A DNA stretch of 64,000 nucleotides from the human T2T-CHM13v2.0 reference genome, Homo sapiens (GCF_009914755.1 NC_060931.1), one strand, 5' to 3'; shown: positions 40,901-55,900, counted from the stretch's first letter. Made by a program: numbers and translations. Notes: a model not told the origin generated them from the sequence alone.

Positions 40901-43900
40901 GTGTTGTGTGTATTCAACTCACAGAGTTGAACCTTGCTTTAGAGAGAGCAGATTTGAAACACTCTCGCTGTGGCATTTTCAGGTGGAGATTTCAAACGAT
41001 TTGAGGACAATTGCAGAAAAGGAAATATCTTCGTATAATAACCAGACAGAATCATTCTCAGAAAGTGCTTTGTGATGTGTGCGTTCAACTCACAGAGTTT
41101 AACCTTTCTTTTCATAGAGGAGTTTGGAAACACACTGTTTGTAAAGTCTGCAAGTGGATATATGGACCTGTTTGAGGCCTTCGTTGGAAACGGGATTTCT
41201 TCATTGAATGCTAGACGGAAGAATTCTCAGTAAATTCTTTGTGTTGTGTGCATTCAACTCACAGAGTGGAACGTCCCTTTAGACAGAGCAGATTTGAAAC
41301 ACTCTTTTTGCGGAATTTGCAAGTGGAGATTTCTAGCCATTTGATGCCAACAGTAGAAAGGGAAATATCTTCAAATAAAAACCAGACAGAATCATTCTCA
41401 GAAAATTCTTTGTGATGTGTGCGTTCAACTCACATAGTTTAACCTTTCTTTTCATAGAGCAGTTTGGAAACACTCTGTTTGTAAAGTCTGCAAGTGGATA
41501 TATGGACCGCATTGAGGCCTTCGTTGGAAACGGGATTTCTTCATTTCATGCTAGACAGAAGAATTCTCAGTAACTTCTTTGTGCTGTGTGTATTCAACTC
41601 ACAGAGTGGAACGTCCCTTTGCACAGAGCAGATTTGAAACACTCTTTTTGTGGAGTTTGCAAGTGGAGATTTCAAGCGATTTGATGCCAACAGTAGAAAA
41701 GGAAGTATCTTCAAATAAAAACTAGACAGAATCATTCTCAGAAACTACTTTGTGATGTGTGCCTTCAACTCACCGAGTTTAACCTTTCTTTTCTGAGAGC
41801 AGTTTAGAAACACTCTGCTTGTTATGTCTGCAAGTTGATATTTGGACCTCTTTGAGGCCTTCGTTGCAAACGGGGTTTCTTCCTTTAATGCTAGACTAAG
41901 AAGAGTTCTCAGTAACTTTTTTGTGTTGTGTGTATTCAACTCACAGAGTTGAACCTTGCTTTAGAGAGAGCAGATTTGAAACACTCTTGCTGTGGCATTT
42001 TCAGGTGGAGATTTCAAGTGATTTGAGGACAATTGCAGAAAAGGAAATATCTTCGTATAATAACCAGACAGAATCATTCTCAGAAAGTGCTTTGTGATGT
42101 GTGCGTTCAACTCACAGAGTTTAACCTTTCTTTTCATAGAGGAGTTTGGAAACACACTGTTTGTAATTTCTGCAATTGGATATATGGACCTGTTTGAGGC
42201 CTTCGTTGGAAACGGGATTTCTTCATTGAATGCTAGACGGAAGAATTCTCAGTAAATTCTTTGTGTTGTGTGCATTCAACTCACAGAGTGGAACGTCCCT
42301 TTAGACAGAGCAGATTTGAAACACTTTTTGGCGGAATTTGCAAGTGGAGATTTCTAGCCATTTGATGCCAACAGTAGAAAGGGAAATATCTTCAAATAAA
42401 AACCAGACAGAATCATTCTCAGAAAATTCTTTGTGATGTGTGCGTTCAACTCACATAGTTTAACCTTTCTTTTCATAGAGCAGTTTGGAAACACTCTGTT
42501 TGTAAAGTCTGCAAGTGGATATATGGACCGCATTGAGGCCTTCGTTGGAAACGGGATTTCTTCATTTCATGCTAGACAGAAGAATTCTCAGTAACTTCTT
42601 TGTGCTGTGTGTATTCAACTCACAGAGTGGAACGTCCCTTTACACAGAGCAGATTTGAAACACTCTTTTTGTGGAGTTTGCAAGTGGAGATTTCAAGCGA
42701 TTTGATGCCAACAGTAGAAAAGGAAATATCTTCAAATAAAAACTAGACAGAATCATTCTCAGAAACTACTTTGTGATGTGTGCCTTCAACTCACAGAGTT
42801 TAACCTTTCTTTTCTTAGAGCAGCTTAGAAACACTCTGCTTGTTATGTCTGCAAGTGGATATTTGGACCTCTTTGAGGCCTTCGTTGCAAACGGGGTTTC
42901 TTCCTTAATGCTAGACTAAGAAGAGTTCTCAGTAACTTTTTTGTGTTGTGTGTATTCAACTCACAGAGTTGAACCTTGCTTTAGAGAGTGCAGATTTGAA
43001 ACACTCTCGCTGTGGAATTTTCAGGTGGAGATTTCAAGCGATTTGAGGACAATTGCAGAAAAGGAAATATCTTCGTATAATAACCAGACAGAATCATTCT
43101 CAGAAAGTGCTTTGTGATGTGTGCGTTCAACTCACAGAGTTTAACCTTTCTTTTCATAGAGGAGTTTGGAAACACACTGTTTGTAATGTCTGCAATTGGA
43201 TATATGGACCTGTTTGAGGTCTTCGTTGGAAACGGGATTTCTTCATTGAATGCTAGACGGAAGGATTCTCAGTAAATTCTTTGTGTTGTGTGCATTCAAC
43301 TCACAGAGTGGAACGTCCCTTTAGACAGAGCAGATTTGAAACACTCTTTTTGCGGAATTTGCAAGTGGAGATTTCTAGCCATTTGATGCCAACAGTAGAA
43401 AGGGAAATATCTTCAAATAAAAACCAGACAGAATCATTCTCAGAAAATTCTTTGTGATATGTGCGTTCAACTCACATAGTTTAACCTTTCTTTTCATAGA
43501 GCAGTTTGGAAACACTCTGTTTGTAAAGTCTGCAAGTGGATATATGGACCGCATTGAGGCCTTCGTTGGAAACGGGATTTCTTCATTTCATGCTAGACAG
43601 AAGAATTCTCAGTAACTTCTTTGTGCTGTGTGTATTCAACTCACAGAGTGGAACGTCCCTTTACACAGAGCAGATTTGAAACACTCTTTTTGTGGAGTTT
43701 GCAAGTGGAGATTTCAAGCGATTTGATGCCAACAGTAGAAAAGGAAATATCTTCAAATAAAAACTAGACAGAATCATTCTCAGAAACTACTTTGTGATGT
43801 GTGCCTTCAACTCACAGAGTTTAACCTTTCTTTTCTTAGAGCAGTTTAGAAACACTCTGCTTGTTATGTCTGCAAGTGGATATTTGGACCTCTTTGAGGC

Positions 43901-44940
43901 CTTCGTTGCAAACGGGGTTTCTTCCTTTCATGCTAGACTAAGAAGAGTTCTCAGTAACTTTTTTGTGTTGTGTGTATTCAACTCACAGAGTTGAACCTTG
44001 CTTTAGAGAGAGCAGATTTGAAACACTCTCGCTGTGGAATTTTCAGGTGGAGTTTTCAAGCGATTTGAGGACAATTGCAGAAAAGGAAATATCTTCGTAT
44101 AATAACCAGACAGAATCATTCTCAGAAAGTGCTTTGTGATGTGTGCGTTCAACTCACAGAGTTTAACCTTTCTTTTCATAGAGGAGTTTGGAAACACACT
44201 GTTTGTAATGTCTGCAATTGGATATATGGACCTGTTTGAGGCCTTCGTTGGAAACGGGATTTCTTCATTGAATGCTAGACGGAAGAATTCTCAGTAAATT
44301 CTTTGTGTTGTGTGCATTCAACTCACAGAGTGGAACGTCCCTTTAGACAGAGCAGATTTGAAACACTTTTTGGCGGAATTTGCAAGTGGAGATTTTTAGC
44401 CATTTGATGCCAACAGTAGAAAGGGAAATATCTTCAAATAAAAACCAGACAGAATCATTCTCAGAAAATTCTTTGTGATGTGTGCGTTCAACTCACATAG
44501 TTTAACCTTTCTTTTCATAGAGCAGTTTGGAAACACTCTGTTTGTAAAGTCTGCAAGTGGATATATGGACCGCATTGAGGCCTTCGTTGGAAACGGGATT
44601 TCTTCATTTCATGCTAGACAGAAGAATTCTCAGTAACTTCTTTGTGCTGTGTGTATTCAACTCACAGAGTGGAACGTCCCTTTGCACAGAGCAGATTTGA
44701 AACACTCTTTTTGTGGAGTTTGCAAGTGGAGATTTCAAGCGATTTGATGCCAACAGTAGAAAAGGAAGTATCTTCAAATAAAAACTAGACAGAATCATTC
44801 TCAGAAACTACTTTGTGATGTGTGCCTTCAACTCACCGAGTTTAACCTTTCTTTTCTGAGAGCAGCTTAGAAACACTCTGCTTGTTATGTCTGCAAGTTG
44901 ATATTTGGACCTCTTTGAGGCCTTCGTTGCAAACGGGGTT
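30100..44940 (+). repeat. Tandem 7-HOR duplication (period 7150-7151 bp)
   Basis: ORF pairs 30507/37658, 31535/38686, 34594/41745, 35831/42981 and 37454/44604. Shared variants AGAGTGCAG about 35839/42989, GAGGTCTTCG about 36070/43220, GATTTTTAGC about 37246/44396. Confidence 0.87.
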
Positions 44941-45399
44941 TCTTCCTTTCATGCTAGACTAAGAAGAGTTCTCAGTAACTTTTTTGTGTTGTGTGTATTC
45001 AACTCACAGAGTTGAACCTTGCTTTAGAGAGAGCAGATTTGAAACACTCTTGCTGTGGCATTTTCAGGTGGAGATTTCAAGCGATTTGAGGACAATTGCA
45101 GAAAAGGAAATATCTTCGTATAATAACCAGACAGAATCATTCTCAGAAAGTGCTTTGTGATGTGTGCGTTCAACTCACAGAGTTTAACCTTTCTTTTCAT
45201 AGAGGAGTTTGGAAACACACTGTTTGTAATGTCTGCAATTGGATATATGGACCTGTTTGAGGCCTTCGTTGGAAACGGGATTTCTTCATTGAATGCTAGA
45301 CGGAAGAATTCTCAGTAAATTCTTTGTGTTGTGTGCATTCAACTCACAGAGTGGAACGTCCCTTTAGACAGAGCAGATTTGAAACACTTTTTGGCGGAA

Positions 45400-48300
45400 T
45401 TTGCAAGTGGAGATTTCTAGCCATTTGATGCCAACAGTAGAAAGGGAAATATCTTCAAATAAAAACCAGACAGAATCATTCTCAGAAAATTCTTTGTGAT
45501 GTGTGCGTTCAACTCACATAGTTTAACCTTTCTTTTCATAGAGCAGTTTGGAAACACTCTGTTTGTAAAGTCTGCAAGTGGATATATGGACCGCATTGAG
45601 GCCTTCGTTGGAAACGGGATTTCTTCATTTCATGCTAGACAGAAGAATTCTCAGTAACTTCTTTGTGCTGTGTGTATTCAACTCACAGAGTGGAACGTCC
45701 CTTTACACAGAGCAGATTTGAAACACTCTTTTTGTGGAGTTTGCAAGTGGAGATTTCAAGCGATTTGATGCCAACAGTAGAAAAGGAAATATCTTCAAAT
45801 AAAAACTAGACAGAATCATTCTCAGAAACTACTTTGTGATGTGTGCCTTCAACTCACAGAGTTTAACCTTTCTTTTCTTAGAGCAGTTTAGAAACACTCT
45901 GCTTGTTATGTCTGCAAGTGGATATTTGGACCTCTTTGAGGCCTTCGTTGCAAACGGGGTTTCTTCCTTTCATGCTAGACTAAGAAGAGTTCTCAGTAAC
46001 TTTTTTGTGTTGTGTGTATTCAACTCACAGAGTTGAACCTTGCTTTAGAGAGAGCAGATTTGAAACACTCTTGCTGTGGCATTTTCAGGTGGAGATTTCA
46101 AGCGATTTGAGGACAATTGCAGAAAAGGAAATATCTTCGTATAATAACCAGACAGAATCATTCTCAGAAAGTGCTTTGTGATGTGTGTGTTCAACTCACA
46201 GAGTTTAACCTTTCTTTTCATAGAGGAGTTTGGAAACACACTGTTTGTAAAGTCTGCAAGTGGATATATGGACCTGTTTGAGGCCTTCGTTGGAAACGGG
46301 ATTTCTTCATTGAATGCTAGACGGAAGAATTCTCAGTAAATTCTTTGTGTTGTGTGCATTCAACTCACAGAGTGGAACGTCCCTTTAGACAGAGCAGATT
46401 TGAAACACTCTTTTTGCGGAATTTGCAAGTGGAGATTTCTAGCCATTTGATGCCAACAGTAGAAAGGGAAATATCTTCAAATAAAAACCAGACAGAATCA
46501 TTCTCAGAAAATTCTTTGTGATGTGTGCGTTCAACTCACATAGTTTAACCTTTCTTTTCATAGAGCAGTTTGGAAACACTCTGTTTGTAAAGTCTGCAAG
46601 TGGATATATGGACCGCATTGAGGCCTTCGTTGGAAACGGGATTTCTTCATTTCATGCTAGACAGAAGAATTCTCAGTAACTTCTTTGTGCTGTGTGTATT
46701 CAACTCACAGAGTGGAACGTCCCTTTACACAGAGCAGATTTGAAACACTCTTTTTGTGGAGTTTGCAAGTGGAGATTTCAAGCGATTTGATGCCAACAGT
46801 AGAAAAGGAAATATCTTCAAATAAAAACTAGACAGAATCATTCTCAGAAACTACTTTGTGATGTGTGCCTTCAACTCACAGAATTTAACCTTTCTTTTCT
46901 TAGAGCAGTTTAGAAACACTCTGCTTGTTATGTCTGCAAGTGGATATTTGGACCTCTTTGAGGCCTTCGTTGCAAACGGGGTTTCTTCCTTTCATGCTAG
47001 ACTAAGAAGAGTTCTCAGTAACTTTTTTGTGTTGTGTGTATTCAACTCACAGAGTTGAACCTTGCTTTAGAGAGAGCAGATTTGAAACACTCTCGCTGTG
47101 GCATTTTCAGGTGGAGATTTCAAACGATTTGAGGACAATTGCAGAAAAGGAAATATCTTCGTATAATAACCAGACAGAATCATTCTCAGAAAGTGCTTTG
47201 TGATGTGTGCGTTCAACTCACAGAGTTTAACCTTTCTTTTCATAGAGGAGTTTGGAAACACACTGTTTGTAAAGTCTGCAAGTGGATATATGGACCTGTT
47301 TGAGGCCTTCGTTGGAAACGGGATTTCTTCATTGAATGCTAGACGGAAGAATTCTCAGTAAATTCTTTGTGTTGTGTGCATTCAACTCACAGAGTGGAAC
47401 GTCCCTTTAGACAGAGCAGATTTGAAACACTCTTTTTGCGGAATTTGCAAGTGGAGATTTCTAGCCATTTGATGCCAACAGTAGAAAGGGAAATATCTTC
47501 AAATAAAAACCAGACAGAATCATTCTCAGAAAATTCTTTGTGATGTGTGCGTTCAACTCACATAGTTTAACCTTTCTTTTCATAGAGCAGTTTGGAAACA
47601 CTCTGTTTGTAAAGTCTGCAAGTGGATATATGGACCGCATTGAGGCCTTCGTTGGAAACGGGATTTCTTCATTTCATGCTAGACAGAAGAATTCTCAGTA
47701 ACTTCTTTGTGCTGTGTGTATTCAACTCACAGAGTGGAACGTCCCTTTGCACAGAGCAGATTTGAAACACTCTTTTTGTGGAGTTTGCAAGTGGAGATTT
47801 CAAGCGATTTGATGCCAACAGTAGAAAAGGAAGTATCTTCAAATAAAAACTAGACAGAATCATTCTCAGAAACTACTTTGTGATGTGTGCCTTCAACTCA
47901 CCGAGTTTAACCTTTCTTTTCTGAGAGCAGCTTAGAAACACTCTGCTTGTTATGTCTGCAAGTTGATATTTGGACCTCTTTGAGGCCTTCGTTGCAAACG
48001 GGGTTTCTTCCTTTAATGCTAGACTAAGAAGAGTTCTCAGTAACTTTTTTGTGTTGTGTGTATTCAACTCACAGAGTTGAACCTTGCTTTAGAGAGAGCA
48101 GATTTGAAACACTCTGGCTGTGGCATTTTCAGGTGGAGATTTCAAGCGATTTGGGGACAATTGCAGAAAAGGAAATATCTTCGTATAATAACCAGACAGA
48201 ATCATTCTCAGAAAGTGCTTTGTGATGTGTGCGTTCAACTCACAGAGTTTAACCTTTCTTTTCATAGAGGAGTTTGGAAACACACTGTTTGTAATGGCTG

Positions 48301-51300
48301 CAATTGGATATATGGACCTGTTTGAGGCCTTCGTTGGAAACGGGATTTCTTCATTGAATGCTAGACGGAAGAATTCTCAGTAAATTCTTTGTGTTGTGTG
48401 CATTCAACTCACAGAGTGGAACGTCCCTTTAGACAGAGCAGATTTGAAACACTTTTTGGCGGAATTTGCAAGTGGAGATTTCTAGCCATTTGATGCCAAC
48501 AGTAGAAAGGGAAATATCTTCAAATAAAAACCAGACAGAATCATTCTCAGAAAATTCTTTGTGATGTGTGCGTTCAACTCACATAGTTTAACCTTTCTTT
48601 TCATAGAGCAGTTTGGAAACACTCTGTTTGTAAAGTCTGCAAGTGGATATATGGACCGCTTTGAGGCCTTCGTTGGAAACGGGATTTCTTCATTTCATGC
48701 TAGACAGAAGAATTCTCAGTAACTTCTTTGTGCTGTGTGTATTCAACTCACAGAGTGGAACGTCCCTTTACACAGAGCAGATTTGAAACACTCTTTTTGT
48801 GGAGTTTGCAAGTGGAGATTTCAAGCGATTTGATGCCAACAGTAGAAAAGGAAATATCTTCAAATAAAAACTAGACAGAATCATTCTCAGAAACTACTTT
48901 GTGATATGTGCCTTCAACTCACAGAGTTTAACCTTTCTTTTCTTAGAGCAGTTTAGAAACACCCTGCTTGTTATGTCTGCAAGTGGATATTTGGACCTCT
49001 TTGAGGCCTTCGTTGCAAACGGGGTTTCTTCCTTTCATGCTAGACTAAGAAGAGTTCTCAGTAACTTTTTTGTGTTGTGTGTATTCAACTCACAGAGTTG
49101 AACCTTGCTTTAGAGAGAGCAGATTTGAAACACTCTTGCTGTGGCATTTTCAGGTGGAGATTTCAAGCGATTTGAGGACAATTGCAGAAAAGGAAATATC
49201 TTCGTATAATAACCAGACAGAATCATTCTCAGAAAGTGCTTTGTGATGTGTGCGTTCAACTCACAGAGTTTAACCTTTCTTTTCATAGAGGAGTTTGGAA
49301 ACACACTGTTTGTAAAGTCTGCAAGTGGATATATGGACCTGTTTGAGGCCTTCGTTGGAAACGGGATTTCTTCATTGAATGCTAGACGGAAGAATTCTCA
49401 GTAAATTCTTTGTGTTGTGTGCATTCAACTCACAGAGTGGAACGTCCCTTTAGACAGAGCAGATTTGAAACACTCTTTTTGCGGAATTTGCAAGTGGAGA
49501 TTTCTAGCCATTTGATGCCAACAGTAGAAAGGGAAATATCTTCAAATAAAAACCAGACAGAATAATTCTCAGAAAATTCTTTGTGATGTGTGCGTTCAAC
49601 TCACATAGTTTAACCTTTCTTTTCATAGAGCAGTTTGGAAACACTCTGTTTGTAAAGTCTGCAAGTGGATATATGGACCGCATTGAGGCCTTCGTTGGAA
49701 ACGGGATTTCTTCATTTCATGCTAGACAGAAGAATTCTCAGTAACTTCTTTGTGCTGTGTGTATTCAACTCACAGAGTGGAACGTCCCTTTGCACAGAGC
49801 AGATTTGAAACACTCTTTTTGTGGAGTTTGCAAGTGGAGATTTCAAGCGATTTGATGCCAACAGTAGAAAAGGAAATATCTTCAAATAAAAACTAGACAG
49901 AATCATTCTCAGAAACTACTTTGTGATGTGTGCCTTCAACTCACAGAGTTTAACCTTTCTTTTCTTAGAGCAGTTTAGAAACACTCTGCTTGTTATGTCT
50001 GCAAGTGGATATTTGGACCTCTTTGAGGCCTTCGTTGCAAACGGGGTTTCTTCCTTTCATGCTAGACTAAGAAGAGTTCTCAGTAACTTTTTTGTGTTGT
50101 GTGTATTCAACTCACAGAGTTGAACCTTGCTTTAGAGAGAGCAGATTTGAAACACTCTTGCTGTGGCATTTTCAGGTGGAGATTTCAAGCGATTTGAGGA
50201 CAATTGCAGAAAAGGAAATATCTTCGTATAATAACCAGACAGAATCATTCTCAGAAAGTGCTTTGTGATGTGTGCGTTCAACTCACAGAGTTTAACCTTT
50301 CTTTTCATAGAGGAGTTTGGAAACACACTGTTTGTAAAGACTGCAAGTGGATATATGGACCTGTTTGAGGCCTTCGTTGGAAACGGGATTTCTTCATTGA
50401 ATGCTAGACGGAAGAATTCTCAGTAAATTCTTTGTGTTGTGTGCATTCAACTCACAGAGTGGAACGTCCCTTTAGACAGAGCAGATTTGAAACACTCTTT
50501 TTGCGGAATTTGCAAGTGGAGATTTCTAGCCATTTGATGCCAACAGTAGAAAGGGAAATATCTTCAAATAAAAACCAGACAGAATCATTCTCAGAAAATT
50601 CTTTGTGATGTGTGCGTTCAACTCACATAGTTTAACCTTTCTTTTCATAGAGCAGTTTGGAAACACTCTGTTTGTAAAGTCTGCAAGTGGATATATGGAC
50701 CGCATTGAGGCCTTCGTTGGAAACGGGATTTCTTCATTTCATGCTAGACAGAAGAATTCTCAGTAACTTCTTTGTGCTGTGTGTATTCAACTCACAGAGT
50801 GGAACGTCCCTTTACACAGAGCAGATTTGAAACACTCTTTTTGTGGAGTTTGCAAGTGGAGATTTCAAGCGATTTGATGCCAACAGTAGAAAAGGAAATA
50901 TCTTCAAATAAAAACTAGACAGAATCATTCTCAGAAACTACTTTGTGATGTGTGCCTTCAACTCACAGAGTTTAACCTTTCTTTTCTTAGAGCAGTTTAG
51001 AAACACTCTGCTTGTTATGTCTGCAAGTGGATATTTGGACCTCTTTGAGGCCTTCGTTGCAAACGGGGTTTCTTCCTTTCATGCTAGACTAAGAAGAGTT
51101 CTCAGTAACTTTTTTGTGTTGTGTGTATTCAACTCACAGAGTTGAACCTTGCTTTAGAGAGAGCAGATTTGAAACACTCTTGCTGTGGCATTTTCAGGTG
51201 GAGATTTCAAGCGATTTGAGGACAATTGCAGAAAAGGAAATATCTTCGTATAATAACCAGACAGAATCATTCTCAGAAAGTGCTTTGTGATGTGTGTGTT

Positions 51301-54300
51301 CAACTCACAGAGTTTAACCTTTCTTTTCATAGAGGAGTTTGGAAACACACTGTTTGTAAAGTCTGCAAGTGGATATATGGACCTGTTTGAGGCCTTCGTT
51401 GGAAACGGGATTTCTTCATTGAATGCTAGACGGAAGAATTCTCAGTAAATTCTTTGTGTTGTGTGCATTCAACTCACAGAGTGGAACGTCCCTTTAGACA
51501 GAGCAGATTTGAAACACTCTTTTTGCGGAATTTGCAAGTGGAGATTTCTAGCCATTTGATGCCAACAGTAGAAAGGGAAATATCTTCAAATAAAAACCAG
51601 ACAGAATCATTCTCAGAAAATTCTTTGTGATGTGTGCGTTCAACTCACATAGTTTAACCTTTCTTTTCATAGAGCAGTTTGGAAACACTCTGTTTGTAAA
51701 GTCTGCAAGTGGATATATGGACCGCATTGAGGCCTTCGTTGGAAACGGGATTTCTTCATTTCATGCTAGACAGAAGAATTCTCAGTAACTTCTTTGTGCT
51801 GTGTGTATTCAACTCACAGAGTGGAACGTCCCTTTACACAGAGCAGATTTGAAACACTCTTTTTGTGGAGTTTGCAAGTGGAGATTTCAAGCGATTTGAT
51901 GCCAACAGTAGAAAAGGAAATATCTTCAAATAAAAACTAGACAGAATCATTCTCAGAAACTACTTTGTGATGTGTGCCTTCAACTCACAGAATTTAACCT
52001 TTCTTTTCTTAGAGCAGTTTAGAAACACTCTGCTTGTTATGTCTGCAAGTGGATATTTGGACCTCTTTGAGGCCTTCGTTGCAAACGGGGTTTCTTCCTT
52101 TCATGCTAGACTAAGAAGAGTTCTCAGTAACTTTTTTGTGTTGTGTGTATTCAACTCACAGAGTTGAACCTTGCTTTAGAGAGAGCAGATTTGAAACACT
52201 CTCGCTGTGGCATTTTCAGGTGGAGATTTCAAACGATTTGAGGACAATTGCAGAAAAGGAAATATCTTCGTATAATAACCAGACAGAATCATTCTCAGAA
52301 AGTGCTTTGTGATGTGTGCGTTCAACTCACAGAGTTTAACCTTTCTTTTCATAGAGGAGTTTGGAAACACACTGTTTGTAAAGTCTGCAAGTGGATATAT
52401 GGACCTGTTTGAGGCCTTCGTTGGAAACGGGATTTCTTCATTGAATGCTAGACGGAAGAATTCTCAGTAAATTCTTTGTGTTGTGTGCATTCAACTCACA
52501 GAGTGGAACGTCCCTTTAGACAGAGCAGATTTGAAACACTCTTTTTGCGGAATTTGCAAGTGGAGATTTCTAGCCATTTGATGCCAACAGTAGAAAGGGA
52601 AATATCTTCAAATAAAAACCAGACAGAATCATTCTCAGAAAATTCTTTGTGATGTGTGCGTTCAACTCACATAGTTTAACCTTTCTTTTCATAGAGCAGT
52701 TTGGAAACACTCTGTTTGTAAAGTCTGCAAGTGGATATATGGACCGCATTGAGGCCTTCGTTGGAAACGGGATTTCTTCATTTCATGCTAGACAGAAGAA
52801 TTCTCAGTAACTTCTTTGTGCTGTGTGTATTCAACTCACAGAGTGGAACGTCCCTTTGCACAGAGCAGATTTGAAACACTCTTTTTGTGGAGTTTGCAAG
52901 TGGAGATTTCAAGCGATTTGATGCCAACAGTAGAAAAGGAAGTATCTTCAAATAAAAACTAGACAGAATCATTCTCAGAAACTACTTTGTGATGTGTGCC
53001 TTCAACTCACCGAGTTTAACCTTTCTTTTCTGAGAGCAGCTTAGAAACACTCTGCTTGTTATGTCTGCAAGTTGATATTTGGACCTCTTTGAGGCCTTCG
53101 TTGCAAACGGGGTTTCTTCCTTTAATGCTAGACTAAGAAGAGTTCTCAGTAACTTTTTTGTGTTGTGTGTATTCAACTCACAGAGTTGAACCTTGCTTTA
53201 GAGAGAGCAGATTTGAAACACTCTGGCTGTGGCATTTTCAGGTGGAGATTTCAAGCGATTTGGGGACAATTGCAGAAAAGGAAATATCTTCGTATAATAA
53301 CCAGACAGAATCATTCTCAGAAAGTGCTTTGTGATGTGTGCGTTCAACTCACAGAGTTTAACCTTTCTTTTCATAGAGGAGTTTGGAAACACACTGTTTG
53401 TAATGGCTGCAATTGGATATATGGACCTGTTTGAGGCCTTCGTTGGAAACGGGATTTCTTCATTGAATGCTAGACGGAAGAATTCTCAGTAAATTCTTTG
53501 TGTTGTGTGCATTCAACTCACAGAGTGGAACGTCCCTTTAGACAGAGCAGATTTGAAACACTTTTTGGCGGAATTTGCAAGTGGAGATTTCTAGCCATTT
53601 GATGCCAACAGTAGAAAGGGAAATATCTTCAAATAAAAACCAGACAGAATCATTCTCAGAAAATTCTTTGTGATGTGTGCGTTCAACTCACATAGTTTAA
53701 CCTTTCTTTTCATAGAGCAGTTTGGAAACACTCTGTTTGTAAAGTCTGCAAGTGGATATATGGACCGCTTTGAGGCCTTCGTTGGAAACGGGATTTCTTC
53801 ATTTCATGCTAGACAGAAGAATTCTCAGTAACTTCTTTGTGCTGTGTGTATTCAACTCACAGAGTGGAACGTCCCTTTACACAGAGCAGATTTGAAACAC
53901 TCTTTTTGTGGAGTTTGCAAGTGGAGATTTCAAGCGATTTGATGCCAACAGTAGAAAAGGAAATATCTTCAAATAAAAACTAGACAGAATCATTCTCAGA
54001 AACTACTTTGTGATATGTGCCTTCAACTCACAGAGTTTAACCTTTCTTTTCTTAGAGCAGTTTAGAAACACCCTGCTTGTTATGTCTGCAAGTGGATATT
54101 TGGACCTCTTTGAGGCCTTCGTTGCAAACGGGGTTTCTTCCTTTCATGCTAGACTAAGAAGAGTTCTCAGTAACTTTTTTGTGTTGTGTGTATTCAACTC
54201 ACAGAGTTGAACCTTGCTTTAGAGAGAGCAGATTTGAAACACTCTTGCTGTGGCATTTTCAGGTGGAGATTTCAAGCGATTTGAGGACAATTGCAGAAAA

Positions 54301-55900
54301 GGAAATATCTTCGTATAATAACCAGACAGAATCATTCTCAGAAAGTGCTTTGTGATGTGTGCGTTCAACTCACAGAGTTTAACCTTTCTTTTCATAGAGG
54401 AGTTTGGAAACACACTGTTTGTAAAGTCTGCAAGTGGATATATGGACCTGTTTGAGGCCTTCGTTGGAAACGGGATTTCTTCATTGAATGCTAGACGGAA
54501 GAATTCTCAGTAAATTCTTTGTGTTGTGTGCATTCAACTCACAGAGTGGAACGTCCCTTTAGACAGAGCAGATTTGAAACACTCTTTTTGCGGAATTTGC
54601 AAGTGGAGATTTCTAGCCATTTGATGCCAACAGTAGAAAGGGAAATATCTTCAAATAAAAACCAGACAGAATAATTCTCAGAAAATTCTTTGTGATGTGT
54701 GCGTTCAACTCACATAGTTTAACCTTTCTTTTCATAGAGCAGTTTGGAAACACTCTGTTTGTAAAGTCTGCAAGTGGATATATGGACCGCATTGAGGCCT
54801 TCGTTGGAAACGGGATTTCTTCATTTCATGCTAGACAGAAGAATTCTCAGTAACTTCTTTGTGCTATGTGTATTCAACTCACAGAGTGGAACGTCCCTTT
54901 GCACAGAGCAGATTTGAAACACTCTTTTTGTGGAGTTTGCAAGTGGAGATTTCAAGCGATTTGATGCCAACAGTAGAAAAGGAAATATCTTCAAATAAAA
55001 ACTAGACAGAATCATTCTCAGAAACTACTTTGTGATGTGTGCCTTCAACTCACAGAGTTTAACCTTTCTTTTCTTAGAGCAGTTTAGAAACACTCTGCTT
55101 GTTATGTCTGCAAGTGGATATTTGGACCTCTTTGAGGCCTTCGTTGCAAACGGGGTTTCTTCCTTTCATGCTAGACTAAGAAGAGTTCTCAGTAACTTTT
55201 TTGTGTTGTGTGTATTCAACTCACAGAGTTGAACCTTGCTTTAGAGAGAGCAGATTTGAAACACTCTTGCTGTGGCATTTTCAGGTGGAGATTTCAAGCG
55301 ATTTGAGGACAATTGCAGAAAAGGAAATATCTTCGTATAATAACCAGACAGAATCATTCTCAGAAAGTGCTTTGTGATGTGTGCGTTCAACTCACAGAGT
55401 TTAACCTTTCTTTTCATAGAGGAGTTTGGAAACACACTGTTTGTAAAGACTGCAAGTGGATATATGGACCTGTTTGAGGCCTTCGTTGGAAACGGGATTT
55501 CTTCATTGAATGCTAGACGGAAGAATTCTCAGTAAATTCTTTGTGTTGTGTGCATTCAACTCACAGAGTGGAACGTCCCTTTAGACAGAGCAGATTTGAA
55601 ACACTCTTTTTGCGGAATTTGCAAGTGGAGATTTCTAGCCATTTGATGCCAACAGTAGAAAGGGAAATATCTTCAAATAAAAACCAGACAGAATCATTCT
55701 CAGAAAATTCTTTGTGATGTGTGCGTTCAACTCACATAGTTTAACCTTTCTTTTCATAGAGCAGTTTGGAAACACTCTGTTTGTAAAGTCTGCAAGTGGA
55801 TATATGGACCGCATTGAGGCCTTCGTTGGAAACGGGATTTCTTCATTTCATGCTAGACAGAAGAATTCTCAGTAACTTCTTTGTGCTGTGTGTATTCAAC
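45400..55900 (+). repeat. Tandem 5-HOR duplication (period 5109 bp)
   Basis: ORF pairs 46045/51154, 46858/51967, 48056/53165 and 48901/54010. Shared variant GAATAATTC about 49564/54673. Confidence 0.92.

Noticed and set aside
48056-53434. 89-aa ORFs at 48056 and 53165, and 67-aa ORFs at 16716 and 27957
   Set aside because: These arise from chance loss of a stop codon in one HOR variant that was then duplicated. They are useful as markers but are not genes.
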